Origin: Escherichia phage JLBYU22
DNA: 64,000 nucleotides
Sequence record: OK272484.1
Reading direction: 5' to 3' (one strand)
The number at the start of each line of letters is the position of its first letter. Position 1 is the stretch's first letter. Made by a program: the position numbers and the translations under genes. Under the pieces are notes generated by a model. That model did not search any database and was not told the origin of the DNA. It saw only the letters and a list, made by a program, of their open reading frames with translations. Below, piece after piece: positions 50,647 to 60,986 of the stretch.

Positions 50647-53600
50647 ATGGCCGAGATTAAAAGAAAGTTCAGAGCAGAAGATGGTCTGGACGCAGGTGGT
50701 GATAAAATAATCAACGTAGCTTTAGCTGATCGTGCCGTAGGAACTGACGGTGTTAACGTTGATTACCTAATTCAAGAAAACACAGTTCAACAATACGATC
50801 CAACTCGTGGATATTTAAAAGATTTTGTAATCATTTATGATAACCGCTTTTGGGCTGCTATAAATGATATTCCAAAACCGGCAGGATCTTTTAATAGCGG
50901 ACGCTGGAGAGCATTACGTACCGATGCTAACTGGATTACGGTTTCATCTGGTTCATATCAATTAAAATCTGGCGAAGCAATTTCGGTTAATACTGCAGCT
51001 GGAAATGACATCACATTTACTTTACCATCTACTCCAATTGATGGTGATACTATCGTTCTCCAAGATATTGGAGGAAAACCCGGAGTTAACCAAGTTTTAA
51101 TTGTAGCTCCAGTGCAAAGTATTGTAAACTTTAGAGGTGAACAAGTACGTTCAGTACTAATGACTCATCCAAAGTCACAGCTAGTTTTAATTTTTAGTAA
51201 TCGTCTGTGGCAAATGTATGTAGCTGATTATAGTAGAGAAGCTGTAGTTGTAACACCAGCAAGTCTCTATCAGGCGCAATCTAATGATTTTATCGTACGT
51301 AGATTTACTTCTGCTGCACCAATTAATGTTAAACTTCCAAGATTTGCTAATCATGGAGATATTATTAATTTCGTTGATTTAGATAAACTAAATCCGCTTT
51401 ATCATACAATTGTTACAACATATGATGAAACCACTTCAGTACAAGAAGTTGGAACTCATTCTATTGAAGGCCGTACATCTATTGACGGTTTCTTGATGTA
51501 TGACGATAATGAGAAATTATGGAGATTATTTGACGGGGACAGTAAAGCACGTTTACGTATCATAACAACTAATTCAAACATTCGTCCAAATGAAGAAGTT
51601 ATGGTATTTGGTGCGAATAATGGAACAACTCAAACAATTGAGCTTCAGCTTCCAACTAATATTTCTGTTGGTGATACTGTTAAAATTTCCATGAATTACA
51701 TGAGAAAAGGACAAACAGTTAAAATCAAAGCTGCCGGTGAAGATAAAATTGCTTCTTCAGTTCAATTGCTGCAATTCCCAAAACGTTCAGAGTATCCACC
51801 TGAAGCTGAATGGGTGACTGTTCAAGAATTAGTTTTTAACGGTGAAACTAATTATGTTCCAGTTTTGCAACTTGCTTACATAGAAGATTCTGATGGAAAA
51901 TATTGGGTTGTGCAACAAAATGTTCCAACCGTAGAAAGAGTCGATTCTTTAAACGATTCTACTAGAGCAAGATTAGGCGTGATTGCTTTAGCTACACAAG
52001 CTCAAGCTAATGTCGATTTAGAAAATTCTCCACAAAAAGAATTAGCAATTACTCCAGAAACATTAGCTAACCGTACTGCTACAGAAACTCGCAGAGGTAT
52101 CGCAAGAATAGCAACAACTGCTCAAGTGAATCAGAACACCACATTCTCTTTTGCTGATGATATTATCATCACTCCTAAAAAGCTGAATGAAAGAACTGCT
52201 ACAGAAACTCGCAGAGGTGTTGCTGAAATTGCTACGCAACAGGAAACTAATGCAGGTACTGATGATACTACAATCATCACTCCTAAAAAGCTTCAAGCTC
52301 GTCAGGGTTCTGAATCATTATCTGGTATTGTAACCTTTGTATCTACCGCAGGAGCTACTCCAGCTTCTAGTCGTGAATTAAATGGTACAAATGTTTACAA
52401 TAAAAACACTAATAATTTAGTTGTTTCGCCTAAAGCTTTGGATCAGTATAAAGCTACTCCAACGCAACAAGGTGCAGTAATTTTAGCAGTTGAAAGTGAA
52501 GTAATTGCTGGACAGAGCCAAGAAGGATGGGCAAATGCGGTTGTAACGCCAGAAACGTTACATAAAAAGACATCAACTGATGGAAGAATTGGTTTAATTG
52601 AAATTGCTACACAAAGTGAAGTTAATACAGGAACTGATTATACTCGTGCAGTCACTCCTAAAACTTTAAATGACCGTAAAGCAACTGAAAGTTTAAGTGG
52701 TATAGCTGAAATTGCTACACAAGTTGAATTCGACGCAGGCGTCGACGATACTCGTATCTCTACACCATTAAAAATTAAAACTAGATTTAATAGTACTGAT
52801 CGTACTTCTGTTGTTGCTCTATCTGGATTAGTTGAATCAGGAACTCTCTGGGACCATTATACCCTTAATATTCTTGAAGCAAATGAGACACAGCGTGGTA
52901 CACTTCGTGTGGCTACACAAGTTGAAGCTGCTGCAGGAACATTAGATAATGTTTTAATAACTCCTAAAAAGCTTTTAGGTACTAAATCTACCGAATCGCA
53001 GGAAGGTGTTATTAAAGTTGCAACTCAGTCTGAAACTGTGACTGGAACGTCAGCAAATACTGCTGTATCTCCAAAAAATTTAAAATGGATTGTGCAGAGT
53101 GAACCTACTTGGGCAGCTACTACTGCGATAAGAGGCTTTGTTAAAACTTCATCTGGTTCAATTACATTCGTTGGTAATGATACAGTTGGTTCAACACAGT
53201 CGTTAGAATTATACGAGAAAAATAGCTATGCGGTATCACCATATGAATTAAACCGTGTATTAGCAAATTATTTGCCGTTAAAAGCAAAAGCTGTAGATAG
53301 TAATTTATTGGATGGTCTAGATTCATCTCAGTTCATTCGTAGGGACATTGCGCAGACAGTTAATGGTTCACTAACCTTAACCCAACAAACGAATCTGAGT
53401 GCCCCTCTTGTATCATCTAGTACTGCTGCGTTTGGTGGTTCAGTTTCGGCAAATAGTACATTAACTATTTCTAATACTGGAACGGCAACTCGTCTGATTT
53501 TTGAGAAAGGACCTCAAACTGGAACTAACCCAGCGCAGACGATGACTATCAGAGTTTGGGGAAATCAGTTTGGTGGTGGATCAGATACAACACGTTCTAC

Positions 53601-54516
53601 TGTATTTGAAGTTGGTGATGAAACATCTAATCACTTTTATTCTCAACGTAATAAAGCTGGTAATATTACGTTTAGCATTAATGGTACTGTAATGCCAATA
53701 AATGTTAACGCTTCCGGTTCATTGAATGCGAATGGCGTAGCAACATTTGGTAGTTCAGTTACAGCCAATGGTGAATTTATCAGCAAGTCTGCAAATGCTT
53801 TCAGAGCAATAAATGGCGATTATGGATTCTTTATTCGCAATGATGCTGCTAACACATATTTTATGCTTACTGCATCGGGTGATCAGACTGGCGGATTTAA
53901 TGGATTACGTCCTTTAGCTATTAATAATGCATCTGGTCAAGTAACTATTGGTGAAAGCTTAATCATTGCCAAAGGTGCTACTATAAATTCAGGTGGTTTA
54001 ACTGTTAACTCGAGAATTCGTTCTCAGGGCACTAAAACCTCTGACTTATATACCCGTGCGCCAACATCTGATACCGTAGGATTCTGGTCAATTGATATTA
54101 ATGATTCAGCTACTTATAACCAGTTCCCAGGTTATTTTAAAATGGTTGAAAAAACTAATGAAGTGACTGGGCTTCCGTACCTAGAACGTGGCGAAGAAGT
54201 TAAATCTCCTGGTACATTGACTCAGTTTGGTAACACACTTGATTCGCTTTACCAAGATTGGATTACTTATCCAACGACTCCAGAAGCACGTACCACTCGC
54301 TGGACACGTACATGGCAGAAAACCAAAAACTCTTGGTCAAGTTTTGTTCAGGTATTTGATGGAGGTAACCCTCCTCAACCATCTGATATCGGTGCTTTAC
54401 CATCTGATAATGCTACAATGGGGAATCTTACTATTCGTGATTTCTTACGAATTGGTAATGTTCGCATTATTCCTGACCCAGTGAATAAAACTGTTAAATT
54501 TGAATGGGTTGAATAA
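50647..54516 (+). CDS. 34: Long tail fibre proximal subunit gp34
   Basis: 1289 aa as in T4 gp34; internal repeated ETRRG(I/V)A.IAT motifs. Confidence 0.97.
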   Translation: MAEIKRKFRAEDGLDAGGDKIINVALADRAVGTDGVNVDYLIQENTVQQYDPTRGYLKDFVIIYDNRFWAAINDIPKPAGSFNSGRWRALRTDANWITVSSGSYQLKSGEAISVNTAAGNDITFTLPSTPIDGDTIVLQDIGGKPGVNQVLIVAPVQSIVNFRGEQVRSVLMTHPKSQLVLIFSNRLWQMYVADYSREAVVVTPASLYQAQSNDFIVRRFTSAAPINVKLPRFANHGDIINFVDLDKLNPLYHTIVTTYDETTSVQEVGTHSIEGRTSIDGFLMYDDNEKLWRLFDGDSKARLRIITTNSNIRPNEEVMVFGANNGTTQTIELQLPTNISVGDTVKISMNYMRKGQTVKIKAAGEDKIASSVQLLQFPKRSEYPPEAEWVTVQELVFNGETNYVPVLQLAYIEDSDGKYWVVQQNVPTVERVDSLNDSTRARLGVIALATQAQANVDLENSPQKELAITPETLANRTATETRRGIARIATTAQVNQNTTFSFADDIIITPKKLNERTATETRRGVAEIATQQETNAGTDDTTIITPKKLQARQGSESLSGIVTFVSTAGATPASSRELNGTNVYNKNTNNLVVSPKALDQYKATPTQQGAVILAVESEVIAGQSQEGWANAVVTPETLHKKTSTDGRIGLIEIATQSEVNTGTDYTRAVTPKTLNDRKATESLSGIAEIATQVEFDAGVDDTRISTPLKIKTRFNSTDRTSVVALSGLVESGTLWDHYTLNILEANETQRGTLRVATQVEAAAGTLDNVLITPKKLLGTKSTESQEGVIKVATQSETVTGTSANTAVSPKNLKWIVQSEPTWAATTAIRGFVKTSSGSITFVGNDTVGSTQSLELYEKNSYAVSPYELNRVLANYLPLKAKAVDSNLLDGLDSSQFIRRDIAQTVNGSLTLTQQTNLSAPLVSSSTAAFGGSVSANSTLTISNTGTATRLIFEKGPQTGTNPAQTMTIRVWGNQFGGGSDTTRSTVFEVGDETSNHFYSQRNKAGNITFSINGTVMPINVNASGSLNANGVATFGSSVTANGEFISKSANAFRAINGDYGFFIRNDAANTYFMLTASGDQTGGFNGLRPLAINNASGQVTIGESLIIAKGATINSGGLTVNSRIRSQGTKTSDLYTRAPTSDTVGFWSIDINDSATYNQFPGYFKMVEKTNEVTGLPYLERGEEVKSPGTLTQFGNTLDSLYQDWITYPTTPEARTTRWTRTWQKTKNSWSSFVQVFDGGNPPQPSDIGALPSDNATMGNLTIRDFLRIGNVRIIPDPVNKTVKFEWVE

Positions 54517-54524
54517 GAGGTATT

Positions 54525-55640
54525 ATGGAAAAATTTATGGCAGAGTTTGGACAAGGATATGTCCAAACGCCATTTTTATCGGAAAGCAATTCAGTAAGAT
54601 ATAAAATAAGCATAGCGGGTTCTTGCCCGCTTTCTACAGCAGGACCATACGTTAAATTTCAGGATAATCCTGTAGGAAGTCAAACATTTAGCGCAGGCCT
54701 TCATTTAAGAGTTTTTGACCCTTCCACCGGAGCATTAGTTGATAGTAAATCATATGCTTTTTCGACTTCAAATGATACTACATCAGCTGCCTTTGTTAGT
54801 TTCATGAATTCTTTGACGAATAACAGACTTGTTGCTATATTAACTAGCGGAAAGGTTAATTTTCCTCCTGAAGTAGTATCTTGGTTAAGAACCGCAGGAA
54901 CGTCTGCTTTTCCATCTGATTCTTTATTGTCAAGATTTGACGTATCATATGCTGCCTTTTATACTTCTTCTAAAAGAGCTATTGCATTAGAACATGTTAA
55001 ACTAAGTAATAGAAAAAGCACAGATGATTATCAAACTATTTTAGATGTTGTATTTGACAGTTTAGAGGACGTTGGAGCCACAGGATTTCCAAAAAGAACG
55101 TACGAAAGCGTTGAGCAATTTATGTCAGCGGTTGGTGGAACTAATAACGAAATTGCACGTCTACCGACTTCGGCTGCTATAAGTAAACTTTCTGATTATA
55201 ATTTAATTCCTGGCGATGTTCTTTATCTTAAAGCTCAGTTATATGCTGATGCCGATTTACTCGCGCTTGGAACTACAAATATATCTATCCGTTTTTATAA
55301 TGCATCGAATGGATATATTTCTTCAACACAAGCTGAGTTTACCGGGCAAGCTGGGTCTTGGGAATTAAAAGAAGATTATGTAGTTGTTCCAGAAAATGCA
55401 GTAGGATTTACGATATATGCACAGAGAACTGCGCAAGCTGGTCAAGGTGGCATGAGAAATTTAAGCTTTTCTGAAGTGTCAAGAAATGGAGGTATTTCGA
55501 AACCTGCTGAATTTGGCGTCAATGGCATTCGTGTTAATTATATCTGTGAATCTGCTTCACCTCCGGATATAATGGTACTTCCTACGCAAGCATCGTCTAA
55601 AACTGGTAAAGTGTTTGGGCAAGAATTTAGAGAAGTTTAA
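54525..55640 (+). CDS. 35: Long tail fibre hinge protein gp35
   Basis: 371 aa; synteny 34-35-36-37. Confidence 0.9.
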   Translation: MEKFMAEFGQGYVQTPFLSESNSVRYKISIAGSCPLSTAGPYVKFQDNPVGSQTFSAGLHLRVFDPSTGALVDSKSYAFSTSNDTTSAAFVSFMNSLTNNRLVAILTSGKVNFPPEVVSWLRTAGTSAFPSDSLLSRFDVSYAAFYTSSKRAIALEHVKLSNRKSTDDYQTILDVVFDSLEDVGATGFPKRTYESVEQFMSAVGGTNNEIARLPTSAAISKLSDYNLIPGDVLYLKAQLYADADLLALGTTNISIRFYNASNGYISSTQAEFTGQAGSWELKEDYVVVPENAVGFTIYAQRTAQAGQGGMRNLSFSEVSRNGGISKPAEFGVNGIRVNYICESASPPDIMVLPTQASSKTGKVFGQEFREV

Positions 55641-55645
55641 ATTGA

Positions 55646-55663
55646 GGGAGCCTTCGGGTTCCC
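55646..55663 (+). terminator. Terminator hairpin GGGAGCC-TTCG-GGTTCCC + T-run after gene 35
   Basis: Stem with one G-U pair followed by TTTTTCTTT. Confidence 0.7.
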
Positions 55664-55671
55664 TTTTTCTT

Positions 55672-55679
55672 TATAAATA
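55672..55679 (+). promoter_or_regulatory. Late promoter box TATAAATA upstream of gene 36
   Basis: Exact TATAAATA 24 nt upstream of ATG 55703. Confidence 0.7.
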
Positions 55680-55702
55680 CTATTAAAATAAAGGGGCATA
55701 CA

Positions 55703-56368
55703 ATGGCTGATTTAAAAGTAGGTTCAACAACCGGAGGCTCTGTCATTTGGCATCAAGGAAATTTTCCATTGAATCCAGCCGGTGACGATGTACTCTATAA
55801 ATCATTTAAAATATATTCAGAATACAATAAACCACAAGCTGTTGATAACGATTTCGTTTCTAAAGCTAATGGTGGTACTTATGCATCAAAGGTAACATTT
55901 AATGCTGGTGTTCAAGTACCATATGCTGTAAACAATACAAACCCGTGCGGTATTTATCCAGGTAACGGTGATAATGCTACTTTTGCTGTAGCAAATATCG
56001 ATATTGTTTCGTGGAATGGTATTGGTTTTAAATCATCACAGGGTTCAGCAGCCCGAACTGTTGTAATTAATGCACGTAATGGTGATATTAGCACAAAAGG
56101 TGTTGTATCAGCTGCGGGTCAAGTAAGAAGTGATGCAGCTGCTCCTATAGCAGCGAATGACCTTACTAGAAAGGACTATGTTGACGGAGCAATAAATACT
56201 GTTACGGCAAATGCGAACTCTAGAGTGTTACGATCTGGTGATACTATGACTGGAAACTTAACCGCACCAAACTTTTTCTCACAGAATCCTGCATCTCAAC
56301 CTTCACATGTTCCACGATTTGACCAAATCGTAATTAAGGATTCTGTTCAAGATTTCGGCTATTATTAA
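55703..56368 (+). CDS. 36: Long tail fibre distal connector gp36
   Basis: 221 aa as in T4 gp36. Confidence 0.9.
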   Translation: MADLKVGSTTGGSVIWHQGNFPLNPAGDDVLYKSFKIYSEYNKPQAVDNDFVSKANGGTYASKVTFNAGVQVPYAVNNTNPCGIYPGNGDNATFAVANIDIVSWNGIGFKSSQGSAARTVVINARNGDISTKGVVSAAGQVRSDAAAPIAANDLTRKDYVDGAINTVTANANSRVLRSGDTMTGNLTAPNFFSQNPASQPSHVPRFDQIVIKDSVQDFGYY

Positions 56369-56376
56369 GAGGACTT

Positions 56377-59300
56377 ATGGCTACTTTAAAACAAATACAA
56401 TTTAAAAGAAGCAAAACCGCAGGTGCACGTCCTGCTGCTTCAGTATTAGCCGAAGGTGAATTGGCTATAAACTTAAAAGATAGAACAATTTTTACTAAAG
56501 ATGATTCAGGAAATATCATTGACTTAAGCATTTCCGCTGGCGGTAATATCAGTGGAAATATCACTCAAACTGGTGATTATACACAGACTGGAAAATTTAA
56601 TTTAATTGGCCCGCAGATTATAGCAAGTGGTGGATATATTGAGTTTAATTATCGTACTACTGGAAGTGGGGCTTGGTCCGGTCAACACACTGCAAAAGCT
56701 CCAATTTTTGTAGATTTAAGCTCAGCTACTTCCACATCTGAATATAATCCTATAATTAAACAGCGCTTTAAAGATGGAACTTTTTCATTAGGTACTTTAG
56801 TTTCTGAAGGTTCGTTAAAGATTCATTATATTGATGAAACTGGTCAATCTAAATATTGGACATTTGCGCGCTCAGGTAATTTTCAAGTTGATTCTGGTAA
56901 TTTATTAGTATCTGGTGGGTATTTAGTCGCTCAGAGTAATATTGAAACAAGAACAGGTTCTTTGATTGGTCCATCTGTTGTAACTAAAAATATTTCATTT
57001 GATACGAAAGCGTTTGGACAATACGATTCGCAGTCATTAGTTCAATATGTTTATCCTGGAACTGGTGAAACAAACGGAATTAATTACCTTCGTAAATTCC
57101 GTGCAAAATCCGGTGGTACGATTTATCATGAATTAGCTTCTGCACAAACCGGAAAAAGTGATGAACTGTCTTGGTGGACCGGTAATACAGCCGTTAATAA
57201 ACAAATGGGCCTTCGCAATGATGGGTCTTTAGTATTGCGACGCTCACTCGCAATTGGTACAATTACAACAGATGAAAACATTAATAATTACGGCTCCACT
57301 GGAGCAATGGGTGAATGCTATATAGTCATTGGAGATGCCGCAACTGGTATATCATATAAAAGATCTGGTGTATATGATTTAGTTGCTAATGGTCTTTCTA
57401 TCGCGTCTATTACTCCTGACAGTTTCCGTAGTACTCGTAAAGCATTATTTGGACGCTCAGAAGATCAAGGTACAACATGGATTATGCCTGGAACGAATGC
57501 TGCATTTTTATCAGTTCAAACACAGGCTGATGAAAACAGTGCTGGAGACGGTCAGACACATATTGGCTATAATTCAGGCGGAAAAATGAACCACTATTTC
57601 CGCGGTAAAGGCAAAACTAATATTAATACTCAAGAAGGCATGGAAGTTAACCCGGGTATTCTTAAAATAGTAACCGGTGCAAATAATGTAATGTTTTATG
57701 CTGATGGCGGTATTACATCCACTAAGCAGCTTTCAATATATAATGGTGTATATTTAGCAGCTAATAATTCTACTGCTGGGCTAACATTCGCTCCAACTAC
57801 TACAATTGATGGCACTAAGCAAATTTTGTGGGAAGGTGGTAAGCGCGCTGGACAGAATAAAAGCTATGTAACTGTTAAAGCGTGGGGTAATTCATTTAAC
57901 GCATCTGGCGATCGTAATCGTGAAACAGTTTTTGAAGTAGCTGACGGACAAGGTTATTATTTTTATTCCCAGCGTGTAGCCCCAAGCGGCTCAGAAACTA
58001 CTGGTCCTGTTGTAACTCAGTTTGCTGGAGCTGTTAATGCTAGAGGAAGTATTATTACTGACGGAAGTTTTAAAGTTAATGGATTGAGCACTTTAGTCGG
58101 TAATGTTACCATGTCTAATGGTTTGTTTGTCCAAGGTGGTTCTTCTATTACTGGACAAGTTAAAATCGGCGGAACTGCAGATGCATTAAGAATTTGGAAT
58201 GCTGAATATGGTGCAATTTTCCGTCGTTCTGAAGATAAGCTTTATATTATTCCAACCCCGCAGAATGCTGGTGAATCAGGTGGTATTTCTAATTTACGTC
58301 CGTTCTATATTACATTAAGTACTGGTAAAGTTTCCATGGATCATGATGTAGATATCGGCGGCGGTAGATTTAAAGTAGAAGTGGCTGGAACTACGGCTGG
58401 TCAACGTATTATAGTTAATGCAGCGAGCGATGCTATTAGAATAAATGCTCCAACACAAGAGTCTTCTAACTTCATTCAAGGACGTAAGGCTGATGTGAAT
58501 AAATGGTATTTGGGTATTGGCGATGGCGGCAACGTCGTTCGTATGCACAGCTACACATATTCACATGGTATTGCATTAAATTCTGATTCTGTCGATATTA
58601 CTAAGCCTCTTAAAGTCGGAAACGCCCAACTAGGAACTGACGGTAATATTACCAATGGTTCAGGAAACTTTGCCAACTTAAATACCACGTTAAATCGTAA
58701 AGTTAATTCTGGATTTATTACTTATGGAGCAACCTCTGGATGGTATAAGTTTGCAACAGTAACAATGCCACAATCCACTTCGACAGTCTTCTTTAAAATA
58801 GTTGGAGGTTCTGGATTTAATAGCGGATTATTCACACAATGTAATATTGCTGAAATTGTTTTACGTACTAGTAATGAAAGACCTGCTGACTTAAATGCTG
58901 CATTATACACAAGAACAATTGGAGCTGCATTTAAAGATATTGCAGTTAATAACGTCTCTGGAGATACATATGACATTTATGTTTCTGCTGGAACATATTG
59001 TAATCAATTGGCTTGTGAGTGGTCATGTACCGAAAATGCTACTGTTAGTGTTATTGGTATTAACTCATCTACACAATCGCCTGTAGATGCTCTTCCAGAC
59101 ACAGCAGTTAACGGTCAAGTTGCTAATGTTCTTAATAACTTGGTTGATCGCGGTAAAGTTAAGCGTTATGAAGCCGATTCTGAAATAGCTATTAATAGCC
59201 AAACCGGTATTCGTATCAGAAGCAACAGCGATAAAACTGGTTCTGTTGCTACAATGCTACGAAATGATGGCGGTAGTTTTTATATTCTGTTTACAGATAA

Positions 59301-60138
59301 AAATGCCACCGATGGCGCAGCAACTGTTAATGGCGATTGGAATAGTAAACGTCCTTTCGCAATTAACTTAACAACCGGCAAAGTGATGATGAATAATGGC
59401 ATAGCTGTTCGCAGCGCTGCTTTATTCTATAATAGCATAAACGTCAAAGATAATGGTTCTATTAACTTTGATAAATCAGGCGCTAACCCGAGAAATATGA
59501 GAATATTTCATGCTGGCGATGCTTCTCGCGGTAACCGTATTGAAATTGCCGATGAAACTAACTATATTGCTTACTTTGAAAAAACACCAGGTGGAGCTAA
59601 TCGCTTTGTAGTAAATAATGCTACTGTAGCTGGTGTTAATCAAATGAATTCATTTGGTATTAACATCAATAACGCACTTGGTGGAAATAGTATAGCGTTT
59701 GGCGATAATGACACTGGTATTAAGCAAAATGGCGATGGATTATTAGACATATATGCGAATGGTGTACAGACTTTCCGTTTCCAAAACGGTGATTTGTACT
59801 CATACAAAAATATAAATGCTCCAAACGTTTATACTCGTTCTGATATTCGTTTAAAATCTAACTTCAAACCTATCGAAAATGCACTTGATAAAGTTGAAAA
59901 ACTTAACGGTGTCATTTACGATAAAGCTGAATATATCGGTGGAGAGGCAATTGAAACTGAAGCGGGTATTGTAGCTCAAACGTTACAAGACGTTTTACCA
60001 GAAGCCGTCCGTGAAACAGAAGACAGCAAGGGTAATAAAATACTCACTGTTTCTTCTCAAGCCCAGATTGCTCTTCTGGTTGAAGCTGTGAAAACGCTTT
60101 CTTCTCGTGTAAAAGAACTTGAATCTAAACTTATGTAA
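56377..60138 (+). CDS. 37: Long tail fibre distal subunit gp37, T2-type with C-terminal intramolecular chaperone domain
   Basis: 1253 aa (T4 gp37 is 1026 aa); C-terminal ~100 aa begins SDIRLK (Ser/Lys dyad-type self-cleaving chaperone motif). Confidence 0.9.
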   Translation: MATLKQIQFKRSKTAGARPAASVLAEGELAINLKDRTIFTKDDSGNIIDLSISAGGNISGNITQTGDYTQTGKFNLIGPQIIASGGYIEFNYRTTGSGAWSGQHTAKAPIFVDLSSATSTSEYNPIIKQRFKDGTFSLGTLVSEGSLKIHYIDETGQSKYWTFARSGNFQVDSGNLLVSGGYLVAQSNIETRTGSLIGPSVVTKNISFDTKAFGQYDSQSLVQYVYPGTGETNGINYLRKFRAKSGGTIYHELASAQTGKSDELSWWTGNTAVNKQMGLRNDGSLVLRRSLAIGTITTDENINNYGSTGAMGECYIVIGDAATGISYKRSGVYDLVANGLSIASITPDSFRSTRKALFGRSEDQGTTWIMPGTNAAFLSVQTQADENSAGDGQTHIGYNSGGKMNHYFRGKGKTNINTQEGMEVNPGILKIVTGANNVMFYADGGITSTKQLSIYNGVYLAANNSTAGLTFAPTTTIDGTKQILWEGGKRAGQNKSYVTVKAWGNSFNASGDRNRETVFEVADGQGYYFYSQRVAPSGSETTGPVVTQFAGAVNARGSIITDGSFKVNGLSTLVGNVTMSNGLFVQGGSSITGQVKIGGTADALRIWNAEYGAIFRRSEDKLYIIPTPQNAGESGGISNLRPFYITLSTGKVSMDHDVDIGGGRFKVEVAGTTAGQRIIVNAASDAIRINAPTQESSNFIQGRKADVNKWYLGIGDGGNVVRMHSYTYSHGIALNSDSVDITKPLKVGNAQLGTDGNITNGSGNFANLNTTLNRKVNSGFITYGATSGWYKFATVTMPQSTSTVFFKIVGGSGFNSGLFTQCNIAEIVLRTSNERPADLNAALYTRTIGAAFKDIAVNNVSGDTYDIYVSAGTYCNQLACEWSCTENATVSVIGINSSTQSPVDALPDTAVNGQVANVLNNLVDRGKVKRYEADSEIAINSQTGIRIRSNSDKTGSVATMLRNDGGSFYILFTDKNATDGAATVNGDWNSKRPFAINLTTGKVMMNNGIAVRSAALFYNSINVKDNGSINFDKSGANPRNMRIFHAGDASRGNRIEIADETNYIAYFEKTPGGANRFVVNNATVAGVNQMNSFGININNALGGNSIAFGDNDTGIKQNGDGLLDIYANGVQTFRFQNGDLYSYKNINAPNVYTRSDIRLKSNFKPIENALDKVEKLNGVIYDKAEYIGGEAIETEAGIVAQTLQDVLPEAVRETEDSKGNKILTVSSQAQIALLVEAVKTLSSRVKELESKLM
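59839..60135 (+). other. Predicted self-cleaving intramolecular chaperone domain of gp37 (residues 1155-1253)
   Basis: SDIRLKSNF at the domain start, by analogy with endosialidase and T5 pb1 C-terminal chaperone domains. Confidence 0.6.
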
Positions 60139-60140
60139 AA

Positions 60141-60156
60141 GAGGGCTTCGGCCCTC
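60141..60156 (+). terminator. Hairpin GAGGGC-TTCG-GCCCTC after gene 37
   Basis: 6-bp perfect stem with UUCG loop. Confidence 0.6.
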
Positions 60157-60168
60157 TAAGGATTTTTA

Positions 60169-60954
60169 ATGGCAATTGTAGGTGTTCCTGGCTGGATTGG
60201 TGAATCTGCCGTGAATGAAACTGGACAGCGTTGGATGGATGCTGCGATGAGAGCAGTTCGTGTTTCAGTTCCTGGTTGGATGAGCTCAATGGCTGGGCAA
60301 TCTAAAGAAGTATATTATAGCATTGGTGCTAGCAATTCTTACAATAAAGACACACTAATAAATTGGATAAAAGCCCAAGGAAGCACTCCTGTTGTTATTA
60401 CTATTACAGGAAATATTGTTTCTCAATCTACTGGTGTTCCATGCTTAGATTTTCCTAGCTCATTAACTAATGCATACGTGACACTTAATATCAATTCAGG
60501 CGTGCATGTTTGGGGCCGTGGCGGGAATGGCGGAAATAACTCTGCTGGCGGAGCAGGAGGAACTGCAATAAATAACGGAATTGGAACTAGATTACGTATT
60601 AACAACAATGGTGTTATCGCAGGCGGCGGTGGCGGCGGTGGCGGCGGATACTACTCTCCTTTTTCACAAATGAAATTGACTTTTGGCGGAGGAGGCGGTC
60701 GTCCATTTGGTGCTGCCGGTGGGTCTGCTAATATGGAACAGGGTGCTACTGCTGGTACTATTTCTGCGCCAGGTAAAGGGTCTGTCAACGGTATCTATAA
60801 TGGCGGGAATGGTGGTGATGCCGGAGCCGCAGGAGGTAAATGTAATATTCGCGGTCAAGGATCAGAATATAACGGTGGTGCTGCGGGTAAAGCTGTTACT
60901 GGTAATGCTCCAACTTGGACTAAAGTTGGCACAATATATGGTTCAAGAGTATAA
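60169..60954 (+). CDS. 38: gp38 receptor-binding adhesin (T2-type) with glycine-rich motifs
   Basis: 261 aa (T4 gp38 chaperone is 183 aa); C-terminal half has poly-Gly blocks separated by short variable segments. Confidence 0.85.
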   Translation: MAIVGVPGWIGESAVNETGQRWMDAAMRAVRVSVPGWMSSMAGQSKEVYYSIGASNSYNKDTLINWIKAQGSTPVVITITGNIVSQSTGVPCLDFPSSLTNAYVTLNINSGVHVWGRGGNGGNNSAGGAGGTAINNGIGTRLRINNNGVIAGGGGGGGGGYYSPFSQMKLTFGGGGGRPFGAAGGSANMEQGATAGTISAPGKGSVNGIYNGGNGGDAGAAGGKCNIRGQGSEYNGGAAGKAVTGNAPTWTKVGTIYGSRV

Positions 60955-60986
60955 TTTTTGAATAAATATCCTTAAAAGGAGGGTCT

